Shown: one piece after another, positions 49,961 through 61,835 of the stretch | How positions within the stretch are numbered: the stretch's first letter is position 1 | How the letters are laid out: every line of letters starts with the position of its first letter | Origin: Rhynchopus sp. YZ270_cl-10 | Lineage: Eukaryota | Length of the DNA: 64,000 nt | Assembly: GCA_964035575.1 (NCBI GenBank) | Contig: OZ037833.1 | Coordinates: forward strand, 1,736,001-1,800,000 | Direction of reading: 5' to 3' | The notes under the pieces: model-generated | What the model saw: the letters and a program-made list of their open reading frames with translations, nothing else | What the model was told of the DNA's origin: nothing | Databases searched by the model: none | Program-made: the position numbers and the translations under genes

Positions 49961-50358
49961 TAGGGGGGCCTATGCACCGGCTATTCCTTCATTTGGCTCG
50001 GAAAATTTGGCGCCTTTCGGCAAAAAAACCCAAAAATAGATGAAACTACCCTATATACCTCACCAAAAATCACTTTCCGCCGGGTTTCAGGCACTTTTGA
50101 GCCTTTTTTCTTCAATTTTTTTTTTGAAAAAAATCTGCAAAAAAACTGAAAATGGCAAAGGCAAATCCAGTGTAAAATGACAATTTTCAACAAAATGTGC
50201 GTTTAAATGTGCCAACGGGCAGCATTTTGTTTAAATTTTTGCTCATTTGAGTCCACAGAGTCCCAAAAAATGCATTGCCGGGGTCGTAGGTCAAAAAAGA
50301 CTTAGAAATTTCAATTTAAAATCAAAAGGAGCCTAAATTACCGGTATAGGCTCCCCTA
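49961..50358. mobile_element. Short non-autonomous TIR element (MITE 4)
   Basis: Imperfect TIR TAGGGGGGCCTATGCACCGG / CCGGTATAGGCTCCCCTA. GGAAATA flanks both sides (49954-49960 and 50359-50365). Confidence 0.75.
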
Positions 50359-53300
50359 GGAAATACAAGAAATGGCATTTTTTTTTGAGAACACTCTAAT
50401 TTTTGGTACTTTTGAGATGTGTCCCAGGTTATCTACTAAAGATAAGGAACGAAACAGAAGAAAAAAGAAAGAAGACTTGAAACGGATGAAAATCGGGCCT
50501 CGCAAAAAGAGGACAAAAAAAAAGCGAATGATCAAATAGGCAGCACTCTTTCGTGAGAGGAACGCTTCCTCTCATGAAAGAGTCACCCCTAATTGCAATA
50601 CTGTAAGAAAACATGCGAGCAGAATACGTCTTAACGAGCGGATCTTGTTTTAACACAAAAAAGACACTCTTTAAAACGAATCAATACTCCCACGATGAGC
50701 TATATCAGACGATAAAAAAAAAACCGTGTTTGAGACAAAAAAAACCATGCCTAACACGAAAACCCACCAGATTTGACCACAATGCTGCGACGAGGGTCCA
50801 GCATATAACGGGAGGAACCTATAACCTATACCCACGACCACCCCAAAACACAGGTCCTTACACCGGATAGCAAACGCACAACTACAGCAACGTTGTGTCT
50901 TTGATAAACATAATCTCTACCGTTTGAAAATAAGATGACCACAATCCCAACCTAGAAGCCTAAGAGGAACGAAACCACCATAGATGGAGAGGACTTTCTG
51001 GGCAAGTGAATACCCAACAGCTGGCAATACAGAAAAAAAAAATAGATTCGTGCTTTCGATTCAAGAGAACAGAAAAACAAAGGCAGTTAACCCCCCCTAG
51101 GGACCCAGCAAATACACAGGGAGGCCAGGCGGGGTAATGTCACAAAGGCGGGTGGTGATTTCTCCCAAGCATGTTCGGTTGTGTTGTAGAAAGCAACACA
51201 GTTTTACGAAATCCACGCAGGATTCACAGAAAAAAAAACAGAAAGCAAGGACTGCAAGAAAACTTCTACACATCTGAGAAGCAGGGGGAGCTGGTGTTCA
51301 GCCTCCCCAATCCTTTTTCAGGTGTCTCAACTAAGATGAGAGGAAAAACACGTGCGCGCAAGGCAAACCTAGGCACACCTAGGCAAAACCTTGCTCACAT
51401 CGAATGACATCGAATGGGAGAGATAACATATTTTATGTCAATGAACATGAGAATCACTACCAGCGAAAACGAAAGGGTGTGTTGTATATATTTGCGTTTA
51501 AAAGGTCGCAGGGAAAACCCCTACAGGATGCGTTCTTGAGGCACTATAATTTCAAAGCCTCAGAAATTAACAAAAATATACGTATCTTTTTTGCAGCTAA
51601 TACCAAAGGTTTTCTTTTCAAATCTGGAAAACCAAGAACGGCTTGAATCGCTGAATGGGGCCCACCCAGCATAAAGATAAAGAAAATGGTATAAAAATAT
51701 GAAGTCGACCAACTTCTTGAAGCGAGAGGGGAAAGAGTGGGAGAGGCATTTATGCTTCTTTGGGGGGGGCGGTTCTTCCTTAGGAGGTAACTGTATAGAA
51801 CTGTATATAGACGCGTTTTGTTGTTGAATAGTTCTTAATCTATTTTCTGTCTCAAGAAAATAAAGGCGCTTCGTTCAAATTGCAGGTGTAAGGTACATGT
51901 GGTGTGATACAATACATATTTGCGGGTGTGGTGTGTATCACCACACCCACAAAGATGTATTGTATCACCTATCCGGATAGGGGTACATGTGCATCGAAAA
52001 CGGACTCCCACAAGTACCACACCTACAAAATGCGACTGCCTGTTCAAGCCAGATCGGTTCAAGACAAAGACCATATGAAGTGATTACAAATCTTATTTCA
52101 TTGCAATGCTCAATACAAAATAGTAGTTAAAAATACTGTAGTTGTTGATGCAGGCACCTCCGACGTACGATGCCAGCATCCGGATGAAAGCACAAAAAAA
52201 AATTGTAAAGATGCCATGTGCCTCTCGTGCATACATCAAATAAAGAAGTTTGATGGGAAAATGATGACCACGGCAGCCTGGAAAATTCGAGAAAGTCATA
52301 AAAAATCTCCCTGCTGTGGTGTACCCCCATCAAAAATGGACCACGCCATGTAGTCAAAGACCACGCCATGTGGTCAAAAATAAAAAATAGAGAGGAAATA
52401 TTTATTGTTCTGAAACGCAAAGATTTTGTGCGTTTTTAAAATGGTTTTCTTTTCATTGACAATGTCTGTGCGCGGTCACAAGCCACAAAAATAAAGCTGG
52501 CAAAGAAAAGTAAACTGGGTAGGTCACTCTCACTCTAGGCCTCTTGTGTTTTAGATCACAGAATTAGATTCAAATTTCACTTTCAATTAAGGAGAGAAAG
52601 AATTTGGTCACCGAAAAAAAAAAAAAAGAAAACTGGATAAACCACACAGCTACCAGAAAACAAAGACACCTCCAAAGACATCATTTGTTTTTTTTTTTTT
52701 CTCACAATCGTTAAAAAAGGCTAGCAACCAATCCTATGGACATCGATTGGCAGCATCACTCGTACAATGCAAGACCGTAGAATGAAGGGGGAGAAATCAC
52801 TTGAAAGACGGGTGGGGCATTACATGGGCGCACTGGGCAGTCAAGAGAGTATAGCATATTTAAAAAACGCAACACATCGAATCAACATGGGGTACTCAAT
52901 GCACTCGAGGGCAACTCCCGGACATGTAAATATGTTGCAACGTAATGATGTTGGAATTGCCTTTAAAAAAAAACGCTCGTTCGTTCCAACATTATTACGG
53001 TCTAACATATTTGCAGCGGTATCTTTTTGACCCTTTTTTTGGGTAGTCCACAAATACAACCATGGGTTTCGTTTGGGTGTACGTTTTGCAAAAATAAAAA
53101 TTATTTCATACTTCCTTTTCTAAACGAAAAGAAGGCAAAAGTAAAAAAAAAATCTTATAAGATGGGCACACCTCTCGTGCACACATCTCTAAAGGGGGGA
53201 TGAGTTCTTTCTGTTTTCTTATTACAGTGAGCTGCGCATTTATGGGTGTCTAAGTAAGGTAGACCCAATAGGTAACTGTAAAGGGAGGGGGTGGGTTGTG

Positions 53301-53715
53301 CGTGTGCAACATCCGAATAAGCAAGAGAGAAGACAGTACCACAACTCTGACGCCCAATAAAGCAAAAGAAACATCAGGCTTTCAGAAGGATACGACAAAC
53401 GGAAAAAAAAAACGGAACTGAAAACTTTAAAAAAAAACTAAAATCAGCAAAACTTTCTTTCCCCTCTACGAAAAAGAGGAAGAATTTGCCTAAAAAAACA
53501 AAACCAAAAAAAAACTAGAGAGGAAGAACAAACATGACAAACAGAAGAAAAAAAAAACTTTAAAGACACAGCCCTAAGGGCCACAAACACACACACACAC
53601 ACTATTTTATTTTTTTTCTCTCAAAAAAATTTTTTTACCCACATTTTTTTGCCAAATTGCAACACTCCCTCAAAAAATCAAGACCTACCTTTCACCTCCC
53701 CACTCCCCCCTTTTC

Positions 53716-55365
53716 TTACGTCGCCATAGGACGGTCATTGAAGGGGGAAGGTGTAGAGTCTGCAGGGTTCTTATCTCCAAAACCGCTGTAGATGATTGCA
53801 TCTAGGTCAGGACGTCTGCTGCCACGGCCACGGGGGGAAGGGGAAGAAGATTCCTCAGGGGTATGGTAAGCGTCGTGGTATGGGCCTGTGTATGGGTCGG
53901 AGCCAAAAGGGGGGAGCTGGCCTCGGCCTGCAGAGCGGTTGAGGGTCCTTGCGTGTGGGGAGTCGGTGGAGAATTCTTGGAAGTCGTCTGGGTGTGCTGG
54001 GGTTAGAAGGAATGCAGATGACTTCATCACAACCGGTGGTGGCGGTAGCGGAGGAGCTGTCACCGTCTCGGTAAGCTCCTCCTGCCGCCCCGCAGTCGTG
54101 TTCAACAACGACTCCGCCCCGCCCATCTCCTCCTCCCGATTCACCGACATCACTGAATACGGCGCCTGCTGCTCCTCCTCCTTCTTCTTGCTATGCATAA
54201 ACCACGCAAAGAATATACTACAAAACAACGCAAGCAAAATCCCAAGGATAATCAAAAGCCACTCCCAGGTTTCAAGCCCATCATCACCGGAGGGGGCCTC
54301 CGTGGGGGCAGATGTGGGAATAGGTGTAGGGGCGTCTGTGGGGAGCACAGTGGGGGTCACGACAATCGTGGCGGAAACGGTTCTGGTTGGGATGGTGCGT
54401 GATGATGTCATGGTGACTGTCGCGGTGGCGGTGGGCAGTGTGAAGGATGCGGTGGCAGTCGGGAGTGTGAACGTTGTCGACACAGAGGCTGTCCACGTAG
54501 GCGTCGCTGTGGGGGTGGGGCTGCGCGTCAGTGTCAGCGACACAGTCACTGAGGGTAGCGTCCATGTCTTGCTGGGTGTCACAGTGGGTGTTGGCAACGT
54601 CTCTGTGCTGGTCAGACTCACCGTAGCCGATGGCAGCGTCACCGTCTCAGACAGCGACAGCGATGCACTATTCGAACGCGTCTCCGTCGCAGTCCCAGTC
54701 ACACTCTGCGTCCTGCTCCCCGTCTCTGTGGACGTCCCCGTCACAGTGTACGTTGGCGTCACAGAAAACGTCGGCGTAACCGAAAACGTCTGTGTACGCG
54801 ACACAGTCTCTGTTGGTGTCACCGAAAACGTCGGTGTACGCGAGGTAGTCGCTGTTGGGGTCGCAGAGAAGGTAAATGTGTTCGTATCAGTTGGGGTCCG
54901 GGTGATAAAAAACGTTGGGGTGAGCGACACTGTCGTGGTAGGAGTACCGCTGTACGTGGGTGTCGCTGTCGTGGTTAGTGTGGGTGTTGTGGTTAGTGTA
55001 GGTGTTGTGGTGAATGCTGACTTTGTCGGCGTTTGTGTCATTGTGATTGTGGTTGTTGGCGATACACTGGCCGTCTTGGATACTGTTTGCGAGGTGGTGG
55101 CGGTGGTGGTGGCTGTGCCAGTGACGGTGGCAGTGTTGGTGGTCGAGAAGCTGGGGGATGCGGTAGCGGTGGATGTTGTGGTGGCAGTGGACGTTGCTGT
55201 TGTGGTAGCTGAGAGGGATATGCTCGACGACACAGACGCTGTCGCTGATGCGCTCATGCTCCTTGTCACAGACAGCGTATCCGACAAACTGCTCGTAAAC
55301 GTCGGTGTTCTCGTTTGCCCACACACACTACCAACCACACACAACAACGCCACGTATCGCCACAT
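53716..55365 (-). CDS. Thr/Ser-rich mucin-like type I membrane protein
   Basis: Signal peptide, ~340 aa of T/S/P repeats, TM helix WLLIILGILLALFCSIFFAWFM followed by KKK, and a Pro-rich cytosolic tail. Confidence 0.88.
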   Translation of the reverse strand: MWRYVALLCVVGSVCGQTRTPTFTSSLSDTLSVTRSMSASATASVSSSISLSATTTATSTATTTSTATASPSFSTTNTATVTGTATTTATTSQTVSKTASVSPTTTITMTQTPTKSAFTTTPTLTTTPTLTTTATPTYSGTPTTTVSLTPTFFITRTPTDTNTFTFSATPTATTSRTPTFSVTPTETVSRTQTFSVTPTFSVTPTYTVTGTSTETGSRTQSVTGTATETRSNSASLSLSETVTLPSATVSLTSTETLPTPTVTPSKTWTLPSVTVSLTLTRSPTPTATPTWTASVSTTFTLPTATASFTLPTATATVTMTSSRTIPTRTVSATIVVTPTVLPTDAPTPIPTSAPTEAPSGDDGLETWEWLLIILGILLALFCSIFFAWFMHSKKKEEEQQAPYSVMSVNREEEMGGAESLLNTTAGRQEELTETVTAPPLPPPPVVMKSSAFLLTPAHPDDFQEFSTDSPHARTLNRSAGRGQLPPFGSDPYTGPYHDAYHTPEESSSPSPRGRGSRRPDLDAIIYSGFGDKNPADSTPSPFNDRPMAT

Positions 55366-55515
55366 TGAACACTCAACTCACTCTGTTAGGGGGATGCTAG
55401 TGTTGGGGAGAGGGAGGAGGGGGTATTGGAAAAATAAGAGTGTTTGAGAAATCTTTTTGAAAGGACAAAAAAAATGGAGAGAAAAAAAGGCCGAGAAAAT
55501 CTATAATGTTGACGC

Positions 55516-56121
55516 TCACTCCTGCATCAAGGTCTTGCCCAAGATGCTGCTGGCGACAGAGTTGCTTCGGCTGCAGGGGTAGCCGCCGCCACCTCCTCCT
55601 CCTCCTCCTCCTGTCCAGAGGGGTGGTGGTGTGTCATCTTCCCTGGCGGTTGTGCGGCGGGTGCGGAAGCGGAGACTTGCATTTTCTTGCTTGAGTTTTG
55701 CGTACTTTGCTTCGAGGCTGCGGTAGTGCTGCTTTTGTGTGGAGACTGCAGACTGTGCGCGTTGGAGGAGAAGGGCCTGGCGGTCTGAGATCTGTGCGAG
55801 GTGTCCGTTCTGCATGCGGCAGGCCGCCACCGCCTTCGCACCAACGTCGTCGATCACCAGGGAGCAGCGCTCCTTGATCTCTGTCGGGAACGCCGTCGAG
55901 TTGAGCTGCACCGTCCTGCACGCCTGATTGCATACCGGGCACGTACCCCCCTTGATGCACTCCCTGCAGACAAAGTGCCTGCAGCTCGTCAGCACACTGC
56001 GCGCATCAAGCTTCCCACTGCAAAGGTTGCACTTCGCACTGAACTTCTTCCCAGGTGCAGGGGCCGCCCGTTGCACTGCTGTGAACTGGCTTGCTCCAGA
56101 GACTAAACTTCTTGTGTCCAT
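55516..56121 (-). CDS. RING + coiled-coil protein, RNF212/Zip3-like
   Basis: CNLC..VLTSCRHFVCREC..CPVCNQACRTVQL followed by a coiled coil and a low-complexity tail. Confidence 0.7.
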   Translation of the reverse strand: MDTRSLVSGASQFTAVQRAAPAPGKKFSAKCNLCSGKLDARSVLTSCRHFVCRECIKGGTCPVCNQACRTVQLNSTAFPTEIKERCSLVIDDVGAKAVAACRMQNGHLAQISDRQALLLQRAQSAVSTQKQHYRSLEAKYAKLKQENASLRFRTRRTTAREDDTPPPLWTGGGGGGGGGGYPCSRSNSVASSILGKTLMQE

Positions 56122-56313
56122 AGTTGTGTAACTGTTGTGTCAAATAAACACCTGGTTGTATTGTGTGGGGAGGGTTTGGTAAAATGGTCCTAAGCGTAGT
56201 GTTTAGCTCTGGAGTGTCGCGATTCACTTCAGAATTTCTGGGAGAAATTGCATTTCCTGGAATATAAAATGAAAAAAAATGGCCATTTTTTTTGTCTAAA
56301 GAATATCGATCGA

Positions 56314-57165
56314 TCACCACTCCTCCACATTGCTTCTCTTGAGAATGTTTTCATGCGAGCACACTTCGTCCAGGTCCAGCGCCTCTGGGGGCGGGAGCTG
56401 GTCGATGTTCGCCATGACCCGGAGGGTTTGGTACATTGGATCACGCAGGGGGATGTTGCGCGCCGACATCTCCTTATACTGGTAGTCATTCCAGAAGAGC
56501 GTTTCCCCTGGGGCACGGCTTTCCGAGAACGCACGCCACTGCTCGACCACGTGGCCCTGGTCCAACCCATAGCGCGCAAACATCTCTGTTGCATGCGGCT
56601 CTGGAAACCCAAAGGCCGCTTCACCTCTCGAAGACGCAAGCACACGACACGCGTCACGTGCCCCCCACCACCTCGCCTCGACCACCTCGGGAGCCAACTC
56701 CATCTTCTCCTCATTAGACAACTTCCAATACGTTCCGCTCTCCAAGGCACCTTCGAACCGCGCCTTTCTTTCAGACAATATGGTGTTGATGTGGTCTGCG
56801 GTGATGGTTTGCACCCAGGGGTTTTCGCTGCTGTGGATAAGGTAGTTGTACATTAGGTGGCGACGGCCGCGTACGACTGCGGTGCGGCGGACGCTAAAGA
56901 GACGAGGCTTTGCCTGAGGGTGCGTAACATGGAGCTCTTCCTCCACCTCACGCAGGGCTGCCTCCGAAGCGGTTTCACCAGGATCCAGCGCGCCACCAGG
57001 AATGCGGAACTCTCCCGGATACCGCATAGGGGGTGGCGGCACGCCAGAGGTTGCCTTCAGAAAATTATCAAACGGTGCCTGTCCAAGCAGCACCTCATAC
57101 CCTCGAGAAACAGGGTTGAATCGTACCAGCGCTGCAGTCGCAGCGCGAACAACAATTTCAGACAT
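56314..57165 (-). CDS. Nudix hydrolase
   Basis: Nudix box GGALDPGETASEAALREVEEELHV. Confidence 0.88.
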   Translation of the reverse strand: MSEIVVRAATAALVRFNPVSRGYEVLLGQAPFDNFLKATSGVPPPPMRYPGEFRIPGGALDPGETASEAALREVEEELHVTHPQAKPRLFSVRRTAVVRGRRHLMYNYLIHSSENPWVQTITADHINTILSERKARFEGALESGTYWKLSNEEKMELAPEVVEARWWGARDACRVLASSRGEAAFGFPEPHATEMFARYGLDQGHVVEQWRAFSESRAPGETLFWNDYQYKEMSARNIPLRDPMYQTLRVMANIDQLPPPEALDLDEVCSHENILKRSNVEEW

Positions 57166-58480
57166 TTTTTTTAGAGTATTTTACAAAAGGAAAATACACA
57201 AAAAAAATAAATCTGTTTTGACCAACGTTGTGTATCGTTCTGTAGGGGGGAGGGGAGAGTGAGGGAGTGAGAGAGGGAGGGGTTTGAAGATAAAGGAGGA
57301 AGTTGTAAGCGTTTGAGGATTGTAAAAGGGTAGGGGAGTCCATTTTTTTTTGTCGGTGCACGCAAAAAAAAAAAAAAATAATTTGACTTGAAAATACAAA
57401 GCCCTCTCGCGAACAGTGTACTTAGGTACACAGTGTACCAGGGAAGGGTGGACCCCAACCAGTGCAGTCGTACATCCATTTCGAGGTTGACATCTGATAA
57501 ATAATCTCCATTTTTTTGAAAAGGAAAAGAGAAAAGAGAAAAATGGGCAGTTTTGAAATTTTTGCCTTTTTTTTGAAAAATGGGGATGGGAAAAAGTGTA
57601 GTCTTGTTCAATAAAAAAAGAAAATAAAAGAGGGAAAATAGGAACGAAAAAACCCCGGCAAAAGGTTTTCCCTCCAAAAAAAGAGGCAAACAGAAGAGAT
57701 ACTTTCCACTCAATTCAAGCAATGGGACGACTAAAAAAAGGGGGGTACTTGGTGCACGGCTAACCTACCGGGTTACATTCCCTAACCAACAGGGACAGAT
57801 GGAGGGGCTGCCACACAATATCGATGAAAATCGCACTGTGCTTTTTCTTTCTTTCTCGGGCAGACACAAAGCAAGCCTCAACCAAGATACAACCCTGTCA
57901 AATGCGTACACACTAACCTTCTATTCTTCTTTGTAAATCCGCGAACAGAAGTATACGAATTTGTGTCGACAGTCGCCAGAATCAAAATGAGAAGTTGAAA
58001 GCGTGAAACGCTCCACCCAACACCAGTGGACGCATACCAAAAAGAACAAAAAAAAAAAAAAAAGAGAGAGAAAATAATTATCAGATGATCCTTAGCCTCT
58101 CATGTTTAGTCGAGTCACCTCAAGACGTCAATTCTGTACAAAGGACTGCCCTTTTTTACCTTTTGAAAGCTTGCATCAACGCAAAGATGCAAAGCTGCAC
58201 CAACCGTTTTAATGTGAGACCCTCAAAAAAAAGGAGTACTACACGTCAAATATCACAACAAAAAAAAACTTCCCTTCCCGTCGTATTACCCTTCAGCGTA
58301 AGCTAACATGGGTCTCTTCAAGAGGTACGAAAAAACCTCACTCAAATTGCTCCATTTTCAAAAAAATCGGAAGATTTTTTTTCTCTCTATTTTTTTTTCT
58401 TCCCTCAGACTCTCCTCTTCGCCCTACTTCAGAAATTCTGTGATGTTTTTTTTTTCGGAGTTTTTTTCTCTATCAAATTT

Positions 58481-59698
58481 TCATACCTCATCAGACGTAC
58501 AGGACTCCATTACTGAGCCTACCTTTGTGTTTGCAAGACTTGGGAGGGTGGTGCTTGTGGTGGATTTCGAGACCCCTATGCTTCCGCCTAGGGCAGTGGG
58601 TTTGCCTCCTACGCTTCGCGCAAACTCGCTGTTGGTTCTAGTGTTGTTCAGGCTGGGAAGTGCGCCGTCGTCCTCTCGCACTTTCATTCCAGAGTTGTGC
58701 TTTTTTGTGACCGTCTCCGAGAGTGGTGTGTCTGAGTCCACACTCTCTGCGGACTCCCGCCCGCCTTCCTCTTGGAGTTTCTTCTCACGCTCTTGCTTTG
58801 CTTTGTAGCGCAGTTTACGGTCGAGGTCGCGAATCTCTTTGAAATACGCATGTTTTATGGCTTGCTTGGCGGATATCCTGTCATCAGGATTATATGTCAA
58901 CAATCTGTTCAGCAGGTCTAAAGCATCTGCAGACGCATGAGGGATAAGCTTTTGCAATCCGGTTCCTGATTTCTGTGGAAAATCGAAGTCGATATGGGAC
59001 GAATGCTTTTTCATTTTGTTCAGCAACTCCATCGGCGGGGTTCCAAGGATGTTGTGTATTTTGTGGATCTGGTCCAACTCATTTGTCCCAGGGAACAGAG
59101 GGTACAAGGAGACCACCTCAAAGAAGACACACCCGACACCCCAGAGGTCCATCTTGTAGTTATAATAGCCGTCGGTTAAGAGGCATTCTGGGGCACGATA
59201 CCACCGTGTCGCTATGTACTCTGTGAAGGGCTGTTTGCTGTAGATCCCTCGGCAGGACCCAAAATCTGCGAGCTTCAAGGTATCCGCAGCGATGAGAATG
59301 TTCTCTGGTTTGATGTCTCTGTGGAAGATGCCGTTGCGGTGCATGTGGTCCATGGCTTTGACGAGTTGGTACATGAAGTGCAGGATTTTGTCTTCCGCAA
59401 CGTATTGGCGTCTTCCTTTTATCATTTCGTATACGTTCATCTCCATCAGCTCGAAGACCAGAGCAAGCCGTCCAGTTGACCGATCGTAGAGTACTTCATA
59501 CAGCTTGATGATGTTAGGGTGCGGCGACAGCCTCCTCAACGCTTGGATCTCCCTCAGGCGGTTCACCTGCTCCACAGACTCGAAGTGGTTCTTCATGCAT
59601 TTGATTGCCACGCTTTTGCTGTTCTTTGTGCACTGTGCCTTCAGCACCTCACTAAACGTGCCTTCCCCTTGCCTTCCCAGCAATCTGTATTTATGCAT
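58481..59698 (-). CDS. MOK: MOK/RAGE-family kinase (LF4-like, flagellar length)
   Basis: MHKYRLLGRQGEGTFSEVLKAQ, LREIQALRRLSPHPNI, HRDIKPEN, DFGSCRGIYSKQPFTEYIATRWYRAPECLLTDGYY. The ORF ends at GAG|GTATGA, so a small further exon (e.g. 58437-58429) is possible. Confidence 0.92.
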   Translation of the reverse strand: MHKYRLLGRQGEGTFSEVLKAQCTKNSKSVAIKCMKNHFESVEQVNRLREIQALRRLSPHPNIIKLYEVLYDRSTGRLALVFELMEMNVYEMIKGRRQYVAEDKILHFMYQLVKAMDHMHRNGIFHRDIKPENILIAADTLKLADFGSCRGIYSKQPFTEYIATRWYRAPECLLTDGYYNYKMDLWGVGCVFFEVVSLYPLFPGTNELDQIHKIHNILGTPPMELLNKMKKHSSHIDFDFPQKSGTGLQKLIPHASADALDLLNRLLTYNPDDRISAKQAIKHAYFKEIRDLDRKLRYKAKQEREKKLQEEGGRESAESVDSDTPLSETVTKKHNSGMKVREDDGALPSLNNTRTNSEFARSVGGKPTALGGSIGVSKSTTSTTLPSLANTKVGSVMESCTSDEV

Positions 59699-60806
59699 CG
59701 CGAACTCTTCTAAATTTAAAAAAAACCAAAAAAAAACCAAGTATGTGTGTATAAATGGGGATGGGCTATCCCGTAGTCCCCCTCCCTAAGAATTGTTTGG
59801 GAGTCTGTGGTTTTGGTGTGAGGGTTGTGTAAACGGAGTGAAGCACGGCAAAATCTGTGGGGGGGAAACAAAACTGAAAAAGTGCAAACCCGCAAAACCG
59901 AGAATACAGGACATACCAACAATATGTTCTGACAGGACGCAGAGAAGTACACAGACAGGCTGAGCAGATACGCAAGGTCTGCCTCTGGCAGCCAAAACAC
60001 CCCGCTACTTAATGGGGGAAGAGCTGTATTGACATTTATCGATGAGCTGGTGTCGAATGAGGAGCTGATACAGCAAAACACATCGCTCTTCTACCACACA
60101 GCCAAGGGGGTAAGCGTCTCGTAAAAAAAATAGCTTTTTTTTTGAAATTAAGAATTGGATGCCGCGTGGCATCTAAGGTGAAAAAAATAAGGAAAACCAT
60201 CATCGAAACAAAACAAAGGAAAAAAAAATGAGGGTATGTGAGTAAAGCTGGGTTGAAGGCTGCCCTTTTGGATTTTTTTTTTTTAAATTTATTTTATTTG
60301 TTTGTTTTCTCTTCGCTGTCAAAACAAAACCCTCTCCAACTCAGTAGCTGTCAAACAATCTGTGAAGAGGGGAGAAAGACCGGTAAGCTGACGTCTTATC
60401 ACCTTACTTAACACCTCATCTTCAAACCCTCCAGTAGTCACATATTGTTTGTTCCGTTGCACATTTGTCCTATTGGCAGTCACCCACCCGAGTAGGGGTG
60501 TTTTTTTGTGTATTGTCGCCTGAAGTGGTGGACAAAAAGTACCTTTTTTGGCAAAGATTTTTTTTTTGTCAGAAACGTTATTTTCCGAAGATTAAAAACA
60601 AAACAATGTTTACCAAGGGGTTCAACCAGGGGAGGAGAGAGGCGGAAGAGGAAAGTTTGGGAAATAATCAAAGCGCTCCTGCTAACTTAGAGCAAACTGG
60701 AAGAAGTGTCTCGCTGTGTACCCCTTTTTTTTGAAAAAAGGGAAGCAAAAAAAAGGGCCGCAAACGTTCCAAAGGACGTTTACAAATAAAATAAAAACAC
60801 CAAAAC

Positions 60807-61563
60807 CAGGGCTCTCAAGATCCTCCACGAAAAAAGCAGAATTTTCGAAATGAGGAGGATTTTATTTTTGCAAAAAAACCCCCAAAAAAAAATTTTTCCC
60901 CCGCAACAAGCGGTCGTCGCGCGCTTCGCGCGCGCCTCCTTGACAGCCACAGAGCGGAGAGGCGGGTCAATTTTGCGAGATAATAAAAAACGGAAATCTA
61001 ATCCTTTCTCTTGCACCGTACGCTCCACGAACCGTACAAAACCAATGCGTCTTCCAGAAGCAGGGGCTGATGCAACGGCGGTAATTATAAAAAAACGGCA
61101 AAATTTTTGCAGCTTTGGTCAAGTTGTATTTTTTGGCTGCAAAATGCAAGGGTATCCAAAGACATTGCCAACTCTATTTTTTTGCGGAGCAAAAAAATTA
61201 ATATAAATGGCGCCGCAGGCGAAAAAAAATTAGGGTACGGTGTAAGAATGCTTCCTTTTACACCACAGAATCACTCAACGAACCCTTTTTTTGAGTAGCA
61301 AAAATGAAAATGGTGCGGCAGGCAATTATTTTTAAGGTGCAGCCCTGGACGGTGCATACAGGCTCGGGAAAATATTGGCTCCCTCGGGGGAGACAAAGTG
61401 ACTCCCCACTATAAAACCCCTAGGAGGATAATCCTCCACCCGAGCCTGCCAAAAAAAAAAAAAAAAAAATGGAGGAAATCCTCCACCAAAAAAGCCTGAA
61501 AAAAAAAAAAAAAAGCCCCTGGAGGAAATATCCTCCCCTACGTGGAGGATCTTGAGAGCACTG
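60807..61563. mobile_element. Non-autonomous hAT-like TIR element (MITE 5)
   Basis: 23-bp TIR CAG(G/T)GCTCTCAAGATCCTCCACG. Perfect 8-bp TSD ACCAAAAC at 60799-60806 and 61564-61571. Subterminal GGAGGA..TCCTCC palindromes. Confidence 0.9.
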
Positions 61564-61835
61564 ACCAAAACAGACACATCGCGAGTGATGTGATGACACG
61601 GTCGCCCTAAGACTTTCTTACTAAAAAAAAAACACTTGCTGCACACAAAGCGAAGTGATGAACATAAATTAGATAGGTACACCTCTACCGGGAAAGGAAA
61701 AGGGAAAGAAAAAAGCAGTACTGGTAAAAAGAAGAAACAACCTCCACGGATTTGTGGGTATTGTCCCAGTACACACGGTCAGTAAAAGAGAAAAAGGCAA
61801 GTAAACCTGGAAAAAATAAAATGTGCTAAAACAGC

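Larger units (their letters stand above)
5889..53188 (-). repeat. Dispersed stem-loop sub-type D, AGATGTGYGTGCACGAGAGG..CATCT, ~6 copies
   Basis: Copies at 5889-5919, 7566-7596, 13053-13081, 34879-34911, 52209-52237 and 53160-53188. Confidence 0.85.
2406..57423 (-). repeat. Dispersed stem-loop sub-type B, GTACACTGCCACGAGAGGGCTTTGTAYTTCAAGTC, ~6 copies
   Basis: Copies at 2406-2440, 6394-6428, 18491-18525, 29116-29153, 34628-34663 and 57382-57423. Confidence 0.85.

Noticed and set aside
653..56121. Apparent ubiquitin-themed cluster (NPL4, UBA-myosins, USP, RING)
   Set aside because: These are common gene classes interleaved with unrelated genes, so there is no evidence of functional clustering.
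58083..58120. Sub-type A as SECIS or group II intron domain V
   Set aside because: GTGA..GA appears in some copies only, the upper helix is too short, and there is no apical AA, in-frame TGA gene or AGC triad.
59915..60095. Moderately GC-rich stretch upstream of MOK (and another at 63400-63620) as possible exons
   Set aside because: No consistent frame, splice chain or recognisable protein could be built.
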